Below, one piece after another: positions 1 through 10,002 of a stretch of DNA of 64,000 nt. Below the pieces are notes generated by a model. That model made no database searches. It was given only the letters and a program-made list of their open reading frames with translations, and was not told where the DNA came from. Origin of the DNA: Octopus sinensis (lineage: Eukaryota); NCBI RefSeq assembly GCF_006345805.1, contig NC_043010.1, positions 53,320,001 to 53,384,000 of the forward strand, in the 5' to 3' direction. Position numbers and translations under genes: made by a program. Within the stretch, counting starts at the first letter, position 1, and every line of letters starts with the position of its first letter.

Positions 1-189
1 GTTATGTATTTCTTCTTCTTATGGCATTAGATGTAGCGTATGTCATTAAAGGACGGCCCGAAGAAGTTCTGCGAAATGTTGATAACCATATAATTAGTCT
101 AAGCAAAGCTTAACAAGAGTTAGCGTAGTACTGTAATGGTTTTTGTACTGAGACACTAATCTAAGTATTCGAGGAGAAAAAAAAATGGT

Positions 190-392
190 ATTTTCATGTC
201 ATCATCATCATTATCATTATCATCAACGTCGTCTTCGACGTTGTCATCGTGATCGTCGCCATAATCGTTGTGATCGTCGTCGACATCCTCCTTCTCACCA
301 TCATTATTATCATTATACACATCGTCTATTCGTTATTGTCGTCTTCGTCACAATCATCATCATCATTATCATCATCATCATCCTTATAAGTC
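190..392. repeat. Cryptic (CAT/CGT)n trinucleotide low-complexity tract
   Basis: Degenerate catcat/cgtcgt runs; source of the His/Arg-rich ORF 185..442. Confidence 0.9.
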
Positions 393-519
393 ATGCGTCG
401 ACTGGCGAAGATGACTTTCCGTGTGCACACATCTGTCTATGAGTGTTTTCCTTCAGTAACAGAACTTAAGGGTACCAAATCGCCAGCGTTAAAACAGCCG
501 CGCCCAGTTCTCTCATTCT

Positions 520-755
520 TATTCCTTTATTGCCCACAAGGAGCTAAACATAGAGGAGACAAACAAGGACAGACAATGGGATTAAGTCGATTATATCGAC
601 TCCAGTACGTAACTGGTACTTATTTAATCGACCCCGAAAGGATGAAAGGCAAAGTCGACCTCGGCGGAATTTGAACTCGGAACGTAACGGAAGACAAAAT
701 ACCGCTAAGCATTTCGCTCGACGTGCTAAAGTTTCTGCCAGTTCGCCGCCGCCAA
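520..755 (-). mobile_element. tRNA-headed SINE, Meta-domain-like family, full length, with 12-bp TSD
   Basis: Minus strand reads ggcggcgaactggcagaaac...gactttgcctttcatcctttcggggtcgattaaataagtaccag...tgggcaataaag; flanked by ttctctcattct at 508-519 and 756-767. Confidence 0.85.
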
Positions 756-1370
756 TTCTCTCATTCTCTCCATTGCTGGTCTTTCGGCTATCCAAATGCC
801 AAGCTGACCATTATCATCCTGCGATCTAATTTCTACACCGGTCTAGTACTGATAATGATTGTACAACCCAAACAGGTTAAAGTAACTCGTCACTACGAAC
901 TCTCGAACTTCGACAACAATCGGCTCAGACTGTTCAATCTCAATTGCATCTGGGCTTCGCGATGAGAAGATTTTGGCCTTCAAGATCTTACTATTGAAAC
1001 AGAAATTTTAATCGCATCATGAAAGTAATCCACCAGAGAATGCTTGTTTTCTGCCCTGCAAAATGTAGCAACATTCATCAGCAAATACTTCTCTCGGCTG
1101 TAAGCATCTTCGGTCTTAAATCTTGGTCGCGATATTTTCACCGAGGTAACATCAAGTTTTCTGTTGAATTGTGGAATAATTTCATGATTATCACTGACTA
1201 TAAGTGTGGGAATTTGCTAGCTCTAGCAGACAGAGATTGTTTAAAGTTCAACTTAACATTAGGCGATTCTGTTGAATCGGGTGGTAGAGTATTATCAGTC
1301 ATATGATATGGTGGATAACTTATGAGGTATACTTTTTCATCGTGGGTAATATCAGGAAAAATAATATACA

Positions 1371-1732
1371 CAACAAAAGCACTAACAGAGCGCAAACCTG
1401 CGCCAAAGCAACACCAACGTCCTCTCAACGATTAGCCGGAGATGATTTTTAAAATGAGAATATCAGAAATAAATTCGACTGCGCTCACAAACGAGAATAC
1501 TGAAAATGAACCCGAGTCATCTCAGAAAAAGTTAAAAAACCGGAAAAATAATCCAGAATCTTTGTCCAGTACCGAATCAATCCCAAAATCTAACCAGTTC
1601 GTGCGAGTCACGTGGCCAAACAACCCTGAAAGTTTCATCAGAATCGATCCAGCAGTTATTGAGATATTCTGTCCACAAACAAGCAAACAGGACTGATAAC
1701 AAAATGTCTGCCTTCGCTAAGGTGGAGGTAAT
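1371..1732 (-). mobile_element. Helentron-associated non-autonomous element (HINE/DINE-1-like)
   Basis: Minus strand starts ttacctccaccttagcgaaggcag, carries tttgcttgtttg..atatctcaataactgctggatcgattctgatgaaacttt and ends ggcgcaggtttgcgctctgttagtgctttt; these are the sub-terminal repeat and 3' hairpin layout of HINEs. Confidence 0.6.
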
Positions 1733-2414
1733 TATCATTTAACTTTTAAAAAAATTTCTTGGTGCTTATACAAGCTAATGAAATAAACACTTATTTTCAA
1801 ATGGAAAATACTTATTACCTTGAAATAAAATTAAATCGAACAAATTTCTCGTTTCTATATTGTGGAAATGGTTTATATTTTTCTAAATTTTATCATCTTA
1901 TTCGCAATTTACTCCATGGAAAAGCTATCTCTGGAAACTTTCATTTAAGACTTGCGTTTTGTCAGATAGATATTAGACACCCATTTGGTGCCTTCTACAT
2001 TAACTATCTCTGAATCTGACTTTTACTCTTTCTCCTCTCTGTCTATGCGACGTAAAGCGGACTGGATCAACCAACCAGCCGACCAACCAATATTTATTTC
2101 GGCTATTATTATACGCTTTAATCCCAATAAAAACATCCCTTTTTACAGACGATGAATGACCAGAGAGAATTACTACGCGTAAGGCTTTAAAATAGTGAAT
2201 ACAATATATCCTTTATAGTCTATAAGGAACAACTTTTGGACATGTTTCAGATTTTAGAATATATTTTTTAAAAGCAACAAATGAAGTCGCAATGCTTCAA
2301 TTTCCTACGTGGAATGTTTGAAACAATTCACCATATATGATGTTACTACTGAAATAAATCGTGCTCCAAAAATGCTTAATATAAATCATAGATGTGTGGG
2401 TGGTGTGTGTGTGT

Positions 2415-2465
<51 letters not shown>

Positions 2466-2648
2466 TTATATATATATAATATATACGCGCAGGAGTGGCT
2501 GAGTGGTAAGTAGCTTGCTTACCAACTGCATGGTTCCGGTTCAGTCACAACTGCGTGGCGCCTTGTACAAGTGTCTTTTGCTATAACCACGGGCCGGTCG
2601 AAGACTTGTGAGTGGATTTGGTAGAAGGAAACTGAAAGAAGACCATGC

Positions 2649-2694
<46 letters not shown>

Positions 2695-2832
2695 TGCGTG
2701 TGTGAGTGTGTGTGTTAATTAGAAAGTAATGTAATTAATGTAATAAAATATTACGGAGGATATATTATAAATAATTAAGATTATTTATGAATATATCAAT
2801 TGCCAAACATGTTATAAAATACATAGAAGAAA

Positions 2833-3121
2833 GTTTATAATTATGAACAAGTCACAATTATAACTAAGAGGATTTCAAAATCCTTACATGTTAAAAATAG
2901 CAGCCATTTTATCACTCATATTGTTTGTTTTCACGTTATTTTAAAGTAATTTTTAATTTGTGGATTCTACTTGTCATGTCCCCCTAAGACAGTTTTTATC
3001 GTTAAGAGAAATAATATGAGTGATAAAATGGATTTATAGCGGTTTTGGCTGCTATTTTTCACATGTAATGGTTTTTTTAACCCTCACCATTATAATTGGG
3101 ACTTGTTCATAATTATAAACG
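2833..3121. repeat. Long imperfect palindrome
   Basis: gtttataattatgaacaagtcacaattataa pairs with ttataattgggacttgttcataattataaac; ttacatgttaaaaatagcagccattttatcactcatatt pairs with aatatgagtgataaaatgg...ggctgctatttttcacatgtaa. Confidence 0.85.
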
Positions 3122-3125
3122 TTCT

Positions 3126-3191
<66 letters not shown>

Positions 3192-3285
3192 ACATATATA
3201 TATGTATGTATGTATATAGGTATGTATGTATGTATGTATGTATGTATGTATGTATGTATGTATATATACATGTGTGTGTGTGCAT
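3126..3285. repeat. Compound (CT)n-(TATG)n microsatellite
   Basis: Direct inspection. Confidence 0.95.
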
Positions 3286-3639
3286 GTTTGTGTGCCTGTG
3301 CTAGTCCCCCAACATCGCTTGACAACCAATGCTGGTGTGCTTACATCACCATAACTTAGCAGTTCGGCAAAAGAGAGCGATAGAATGACCCGCAGTAAAA
3401 TTACTGAAACAGATAAAAGAGTAAAGGAGTCAAATATAATTAGGCCAGTTACGGCCTAATTATACCAGCTTTGAAGAAACAGTTTTATGAAGAGATTTCC
3501 ATGAGCTCCTTCTTGCTCACAGTTTAACACATTGCCACGAAACTGAATCAAGCTTCGAGTTTAAACACTACAAAATCATAGCAATAAAATTATGCGCGCA
3601 CAAACATACATACAGACACACACATACACATACACACAT

Positions 3640-3659
3640 ACAGATAGATAGATATACAT

Positions 3660-3753
<94 letters not shown>

Positions 3754-3848
3754 GGATAGATAGATAGATAGATAGATGGATAGATAGATGGATAGATAGA
3801 TAGATAGATGATAGATAGATGGATAGATGATGGATAGAGATAGATATG

Positions 3849-3880
<32 letters not shown>

Positions 3881-3885
3881 TATAG

Positions 3886-3916
<31 letters not shown>

Positions 3917-3962
3917 GATAGATGGATGGATAGATGGATAGATAGATAGATAAATAGATAGA
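3640..3962. repeat. (GATA)n microsatellite
   Basis: Direct inspection; source of ORFs 3568..4035 and 3576..3971. Confidence 0.95.
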
Positions 3963-4027
3963 ACAGAACAAAATAGAACTGAATAGAATAAAGGTACAGG
4001 GAAGAAAAAGATGCTATAAGGTCACAG

Positions 4028-4171
4028 TATGACATTTACATATATATATTGATACAACTTAAGGGTACAAATGAATGTTACAGGATATCTTGTATTGATC
4101 TCTTGTGATCTGAACACCTGTAACATTCATTTCTACCCTCAAGTTGTATCAATATGTATGTAAATATCATA
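4028..4171. repeat. About 145-bp hairpin with about 56-bp arms
   Basis: tatgacatttacatatatatattgatacaacttaagggtacaaatgaatgttacagg pairs with cctgtaacattcatttctaccctcaagttgtatcaatatgtatgtaaatatcata. Confidence 0.9.
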
Positions 4172-4443
4172 ACCTGATCTAATACCAGCTGTTTGCCCGT
4201 TTGTATGTGTATTCTATTGTACATGTAGCATCTCCATTGGAACACTGCCTGTAGCCAGTGCTCAACTTTGGTGGCAGTGACGTTCCTGAATTTTATTTTT
4301 TTTTTTGCAGTTCATGCTAGATTTTCGGCAGGAAGTCAACATGAGCGCTAATTGTATGTATCTGTTATGCAGTCATCAGACGTAAAATGACCTTTGTATG
4401 TGCGTGCATGTGTATGTGTGCGTATAGATACATACATACATAC

Positions 4444-4491
<48 letters not shown>

Positions 4492-4526
4492 ATATATAAT
4501 ATAGATATATATACAGCCACACAGCC

Positions 4527-4890
4527 ACACAGGAGTGGCTGTGTGGTAAGTAGCTTGTTTACCAATCACATGGTTCCGGGTTCAGTCCCGCTGCGTGGCA
4601 CCTTGGGCAAGTGTCTTCTACTATAGCCTCGGGCCGACCAGGGCCTTGTGGGTGGATTTGGTAGACGGAAACTGAAGGAAGCCCGTCGTATATATGTGTA
4701 TGTGCGTGTGTGTTTGTGTGTCTGTGTTTATGTCCCCGTCACTTAGCGGTTCGGCAAAAGAGACCGATAGAATAAGTACTGGGCTTACAAAGAATGAGTC
4801 CCGGGGTCGAGTTGCTCGATTAAAGGCGGTGTTCCAGCATGGCCGCAGTCAAAATGACTGAAACAAGTAAAAAGAAAAAAGAAAAAAGAG
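4527..4890 (+). mobile_element. CORE-like SINE family A, full length
   Basis: aggagtggctgtgtggtaag head with B box ggttcagtccc, ccttgggcaagtgtctt CORE-like segment, central microsatellite, tail gactgaaacaagtaaaaag. Confidence 0.9.
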
Positions 4891-4924
4891 AAAGATATAT
4901 ATATGTATATCTATATATATATTA

Positions 4925-4966
<42 letters not shown>

Positions 4967-4992
4967 ACGTATGTATGTATGTATGTATGCAT

Positions 4993-5386
4993 ACTCTGAC
5001 TCTTTTTACTCTTACTTGTTTCAGTCATCGGACTGCGGCCATGCTGGAGCAACACCTTTAGTCGAGCAAATCGACCGCAGGACTTATTCTTTGTAAGCCT
5101 AGTACTTATTCTATCGGTGTCTTTTGCCGAACCGCTATATTACGGGGATGTAAACACACCAGCATCGGTTGTCAAGTGATGTTGAGGGGTCAAACACAGA
5201 CACACAACCACACACACACATACATATACATATATACGACGGGATTCTTTCAGTTTCCGTTGCCAAATCCAATCACAAGGCTTTGGTCGGCCCGAGTCTA
5301 TAGAAGACATTTACCCAAGCTGCCACGCAGTGGGACTGAACCCGGAACTATGTGGTTCGTAAGTAAGCTACTTACCACACAGCCAC
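4993..5386 (-). mobile_element. CORE-like SINE family A, full length, inverted relative to 4527-4890
   Basis: Reverse complement of the family A consensus from tail (ttacttgtttcagtcat) to head (cttaccacacagccact). Confidence 0.9.
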
Positions 5387-5624
5387 TATATATAGAGAGA
5401 TATATACGTTCATACACATATATATAGATATATACGTTCATACATATATACATATATAAATATATATATACATATATATATATGTACGTGTATATATGTG
5501 TCTGTGTGTGTGTATGTCTGTGTGTGTGTATGTCTGCGTGTGTGTATGCATATAAATAAAATAACAAAGTAGACATTAATCTATAATTAATAATATTTAT
5601 TAATAGCAAAAAATATATATAATA

Positions 5625-5685
5625 CCTGTCAGCTGTTTCGATTCAAACTTTAATTACATCATCATAAAGTAGAATCTCCTCGGAG
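5625..5685 (-). ncRNA. Decayed type I hammerhead ribozyme motif (left arm of palindrome)
   Basis: Minus strand: CCGAGGA-GATTC...GAATC-GAAAC-AGCT-GAC-AGG; U4 and U16.1 are mutated. Confidence 0.55.
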
Positions 5686-5776
5686 CTAGAAACAATGATT
5701 ATACCATTACATTTTTATGTGTTAAGTGAACTGCTCCGTACACTTAACACAAAAATATAATGGTATATCTTTTTTC

Positions 5777-5860
5777 TTCCTCAGACGACATTCTACTTTA
5801 TAATGATGTAATTATTTCAATCAAAATCTTTAAAGTCTGAATCGAAACAGCTGTCAGGAA
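5777..5860 (+). ncRNA. Decayed type I hammerhead ribozyme motif (right arm of palindrome)
   Basis: TTCCT-CAGACGA-CATTC...GAATC-GAAAC-AGCT-GTC-AGGAA; stem I TTCCT/AGGAA and the GUC site are intact, core U4 and G10.1 are mutated. Confidence 0.6.
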
Positions 5861-6078
5861 TAATGCCTATTTTTGAAATTAATAAATATAATTATTAAAT
5901 GATTAGTCTATATTTTTTTATTTTTCTTAAATAAATGTAAACCTCGGTTTATCTAATTACCTATTATCTATGAGTATTAAATTTAATATTTAAAAGAAAT
6001 GTTTGGTAATAAACCAGTAATTAATTGGATACTATTATCCCCTAATGAGGCTATTAACTTATTGATGAACTTATATAT

Positions 6079-6142
<64 letters not shown>

Positions 6143-6743
6143 CTATATATATACATTAAATATATAAATATGTATATATATACATATATATCTATATCTA
6201 TATAGGCATATTTTTCTCTGAATATATATATATAGTATATATATATATATATATCTACGTATATATATATATATATATATAGATGTGTGTGTGTGTGTTG
6301 TGTGTGTGTGTGTGTGTGTGTGTGTGAGTTAACAATGTCACAAACTTACTGTTAATGTATATGTGTTGTTAAACGTTTTTAGGCTGCGCTATTTCATCCG
6401 GGGAGGGTACTTTTAAAGATCTAGAATGTTAAAAAATACAGTATACTTCAAAACTGTGTGAAACGTACCATCCTGGGATTGAACGAGAATGTTCGATATC
6501 GATATTTTGCAGTTTTCTGCTGAAAGATGCCGTGTATTCGATTTTCCAAATCGCTGGCTTGAAGTATGTGCCGATAGCGTCAAATCTCACTGCTGATGTA
6601 TAACAGCGCCGCACACGTAAGCTTTACAATATGGACGCTTAAAAGTGATTAACAACAGACACACATCCAGTATGCGACATTTATAATGTTTACATCGTGC
6701 AGCTGCTTCAAACAGAAAATTTTTAATTATGTATTCATAAATA

Positions 6744-7159
6744 GGCGCAGGAGTGGCTGTGTGGTAAGTAGCTTGTTTACCAGCCACATGGTTCCGGGTT
6801 CAGTCCCACTGCGTGACACCTTGGGCAAGTGTCTTCTACTATAGCCTCAGGCCGACCAAAGCCTTGTGAGTGGATTTGGTAGACGGAAACTGAAAGAACC
6901 CGTCGTATATATGTGTATATATATATATATGCGTGTGTGTGTTTGTGTGTCTGTGTTTGTCCCCCTAGCATTGCTTGACAACCGATGCTGATGTGTTTAT
7001 GTCCCCGTTACTTAGCGGTTCGGCAAAAGATACCGATAGAATAAGTACTGGGCTTACAAAAGAATAAGTCCCGGGGTCGAGTTGCTCGATTAAAGGCGGT
7101 GCTCCAGCATGGCCGCAGTCAAATGACTGAAACATGTAAAAGAGTAAAAGAGTAAAGAG
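6744..7159 (+). mobile_element. CORE-like SINE family A, full length
   Basis: ggcgcaggagtggctgtgtggtaag...gtaaaagagtaaaagagtaaagag. Confidence 0.9.
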
Positions 7160-7384
7160 TATGTCTGTGTGCGCAGGCGAGTGTGTGTGTGAGAGAGAGA
7201 GAGAGGGGGAGAGGGTGTGCATGTGTACATTCATACATATATGTGTGTCTGTGTATCCGTGTGCGCGTGTGTATACACATATATATGTGTGTTGTTTGTG
7301 TGTGTGTGTGTGTGTGTGTATGTGTGTGTGTGTGTGTGTCTGTGTTATGTGTGCATATTCTTTCTGTTTTTTTTTTTTGGCACT

Positions 7385-7684
7385 AATTTATTTGTTTCAG
7401 TCATTTGACTGCGGCGAATCTGAAGTACCGCGCTTTCGAAGCATTTTCGTCGAGTAAATTGACCCCAGGACTTATTTTTTAAAGCCTAGTTATGATTCTA
7501 ACCGGCATTTTTGCCGGACCAGTATGTGCCGGGGGCGTAAACACACCAATATCGGTTGTCAAGCTGTGATGGAGCGACAAAAAGACATAAATACACACAC
7601 GCATAGGTATATACATACGTATATATATGTGGGGGGGGGGGTGCGACGGGCTTCTTTCAGTTTCCGTCTGCCGGATCCACTCAT

Positions 7685-7688
<4 letters not shown>
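7385..7688 (-). mobile_element. CORE-like SINE family A, 5'-truncated, inverted relative to 6744-7159
   Basis: tttgtttcagtcatttgactgcgg...cgacgggcttctttcagtttccgtctg. Confidence 0.85.
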
Positions 7689-7753
<65 letters not shown>

Positions 7754-7793
7754 TGATTGATTGATTGATAGATAGAGAGAGAGAGAGAGAAAG

Positions 7794-7824
<31 letters not shown>

Positions 7825-7828
7825 GATG

Positions 7829-7906
<78 letters not shown>

Positions 7907-7930
7907 CAGACAGACATAAAGAGAGATAGA
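7688..7930. repeat. (GATA)n/(GA)n microsatellite
   Basis: Direct inspection. Confidence 0.95.
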
Positions 7931-8302
7931 TATGTTTCTTTATTGGCCACACAGAGCTGAACACGGAAGGGACAAAATACAAGGTAGAGCTTTTCTTTTT
8001 AGGAAGAAGAAAGAAAAAAAGGGGAAAGAATTTCGATCAAAAGGGAACATCCGATTTCGGCTGCTTGTATTTGCAATTTCATTTTTTCGGTCATAACCAA
8101 ACGCACATGACCATAGGTGAGGATAGATAGGAAAACTGAATAAAAATCAATGGGTTTGGCTTTTTTCTTTTACCTCTCTGGGGATTGAACATTGGAGATG
8201 GCACATTACTGTATCCAGCACCTATAATTCTAGCATCCATTTCAACCTCCTGTTTTCCAACCTTCCTAAATATGGTCTTGAGATACTTAAACTTTTCCAC
8301 TT

Positions 8303-8533
8303 ATTTATTTATTGCCCACAAGGGCCTAAACATAGAGGGTGACAAACAAAGACAGACAAACCGATTAAGTCGATTACATCGACCCCTGTGCACAACTGGT
8401 ACTTAATTTCTCGACCCCGAAAGGATGAAACGCAAAGTCGACCTCGGCGGAATTTGAACATAGAACGTAACGGCAGACGAAATACCGCTAAGCATTTCAC
8501 CCGGCGTGCTAACGATTCTGCCAGCTCACCGCC
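8303..8533 (-). mobile_element. Meta-like SINE inserted into the RTE LINE at the KFK/YL motif
   Basis: Full family consensus; diverged TSD acttttccactt / atttctccactt on the two sides. Confidence 0.85.
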
Positions 8534-8671
8534 TTTGAATTTCTCCACTTGCTTTGGTGATGTTACACTAACATGCACAAAGAAATAGGAAGACTTTCTT
8601 TGGCGGGCCAAAGTTTCAGTCTTAGCAATACTTATCTTCATCCCTGTCTTGCAGCGCTCGGCAGTGGAGAT

Positions 8672-8711
8672 CTTTTACCCAAAGCCAGGAACTTTTCAGC
8701 ACTCTCTCGTA
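8672..8711. mobile_element. Mariner-type MITE terminal inverted repeat fragment
   Basis: ttttacccaaagccaggaacttttcagcactctctcgta matches the end of the MITE at 14120-14350 and ends in TA. Confidence 0.7.
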
Positions 8712-8712
8712 A

Positions 8713-8744
<32 letters not shown>

Positions 8745-8994
8745 TTGTTTGTTTGTTTGTATGTGAGCATTTATGTTGATTATAATAAAAGCAATTTTAC
8801 ATAACTCTTCGCTCTCCGACAGTGATCTAACTGGCCAAAACTTGGAGGTCAATGCATGCTGGAGATCACCTCCTGATGAACCACGTAGCGTCATGTCGTC
8901 TGCAAATATCAGCCGACCGATCATAGATCCATCGATTGTGATGCGGCTTCTTCAACGGCTACGAACGTGATTTGTAAAGTCTTCTACAGCTGAT

Positions 8995-9400
8995 GCTTTC
9001 ACTAACCTTTCCCTCGAAGAAGAAATTATTGAAGAGATTGCAAACATAGGAAGAGAGTTTGGTTTCGATAAAACAGGTGAAAGAAACTTCCATGATTTAC
9101 AGAAATCCTGTTCGGAGAATTAACTGACAAGCTCCTTAATTTCAATCAATGGCGTCCATACAAAGAATTGGTTTTAATCAAAATACCGATGAGAATGAGC
9201 AAGAAATGAAGAAGATGATCGCAAAAGAAATTGATGTTCCGTGAATTGGAAATGTTCGAGCAATTAATAATGAACATCGATCCTGACATCGCAGTAATCA
9301 TGCAGTTAGGATGAAACTTAGATAAGGAACTTCACCGTCGTAGGCAGATGGATGTAATAGAAAGCGGGGAAATAAATGAAAGTATGATGAATGTTAAATG
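8995..9400 (+). mobile_element. pogo/Tigger-like transposase C-terminal remnant
   Basis: Translates FTNLSLEEEIIEEIANIGREFGFDKTGERNFHDL, then frameshifted acidic pieces and a DPDI motif, resembling Tigger C-termini. Confidence 0.55.
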
Positions 9401-9672
9401 ACATTTTTTTTTCTTCAATCCGTTTTACTAATTTCATGTGTTGAAAGGCAGCAACGCTGAGGGAACCATCTTGGAGGAGTTTAGTCGAAACAAATCGCCC
9501 CGGTCCTTAGATTTTTAGATTTTTTTTCCATTTTATTTCGTTCGTTTTTTTAATCTGGTAATTCTGTTTTTTTATGCCGTACCGCTAAATCATTGAATTA
9601 CGAAGACATAAACAAGCCAACACCGCAGTGATAGGAGACTAACACAAATACACACACGCATACGTATGTATA

Positions 9673-9733
<61 letters not shown>

Positions 9734-9736
<3 letters not shown>

Positions 9737-10002
9737 AGACTAACCACTATGTGGTCGACTCTAGCACTAAAAATAGATCCACTAGGTTTCAGCCACAAAA
9801 AATTGTTTCCGATGAAAGTTAGCACGACTACTAGCGCAAACGAACAGGGCAAATAAAAATAACAAAAATGCAGATTAGTTCAGGACAATTGTTTCGCTAT
9901 TAATAAATTATGTAATTTTACTCACATAACATATCTGTAGCTCTTCAGCCGAACCCGTCCAGAATACAATTTACTCAACCGCACGTTAGATTTTACCATA
10001 AA
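9734..10002 (-). mobile_element. Short (about 270 bp) hammerhead-bearing element in (TA)n; Penelope pLTR-like or retrozyme-like
   Basis: Unique-looking sequence bounded on both sides by (TA)n and containing a canonical hammerhead. Confidence 0.65.
9877..9955 (-). ncRNA. Canonical type I hammerhead ribozyme; predicted cleavage after GUC between 9884 and 9883
   Basis: Minus strand: GGTTCGG-CTGAAGA-GCTA-(long loop with ttatgt/acataa stem)-TAGC-GAAAC-AATT-GTC-CTGAACT; all core residues are present, G10.1-C11.1 pair, 7-bp stem I with two G-U pairs, palindromic stem III ACAATTGT. Confidence 0.85.

Larger units (their letters stand above)
2487..3430 (+). mobile_element. CORE-like SINE (family A) split at its central microsatellite
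   Basis: 5' half 2487-2645 (gcgcaggagtggctgagtggtaag...ggaaactgaaagaag) and 3' half about 3295-3430 (gcttgacaaccaatgctggtg...actgaaac) separated by about 650 bp of palindrome and microsatellite. Confidence 0.75.
7932..8965 (-). mobile_element. RTE-clade (Rex3/Expander-like) LINE fossil: RT fragment plus probable 3' tail, interrupted by a SINE and a mariner end
   Basis: Minus-strand pieces translate to LIFADDMTLRGSSGGDLQHAL (about 8850-8910), GMKISIAKTETL...KQVEKFK (8535-8645), KFKYL...EVEMDARI and, across frameshifts, LTYGH..VMTEK and QAAEIG (8050-8295); order matches RT domains 5-7 and thumb. Confidence 0.75.

Noticed and set aside
393-795. ORFs such as ...LIDPERMKGKVDLGGI, recurring at 8185, 30939, 43979 and 55547
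   Set aside because: Chance frames inside Meta-like SINE copies; the recurrence reflects the repeat, not a gene family.
1180-1216. IPTLIVSDN as a Gypsy integrase motif
   Set aside because: Lacks the following G and the other DDE residues; no LTR or RT nearby.
6744-6820. tRNA-like sequences at SINE 5' ends
   Set aside because: A and B boxes are present but run straight into SINE bodies with no complete cloverleaf; these are not tRNA genes.
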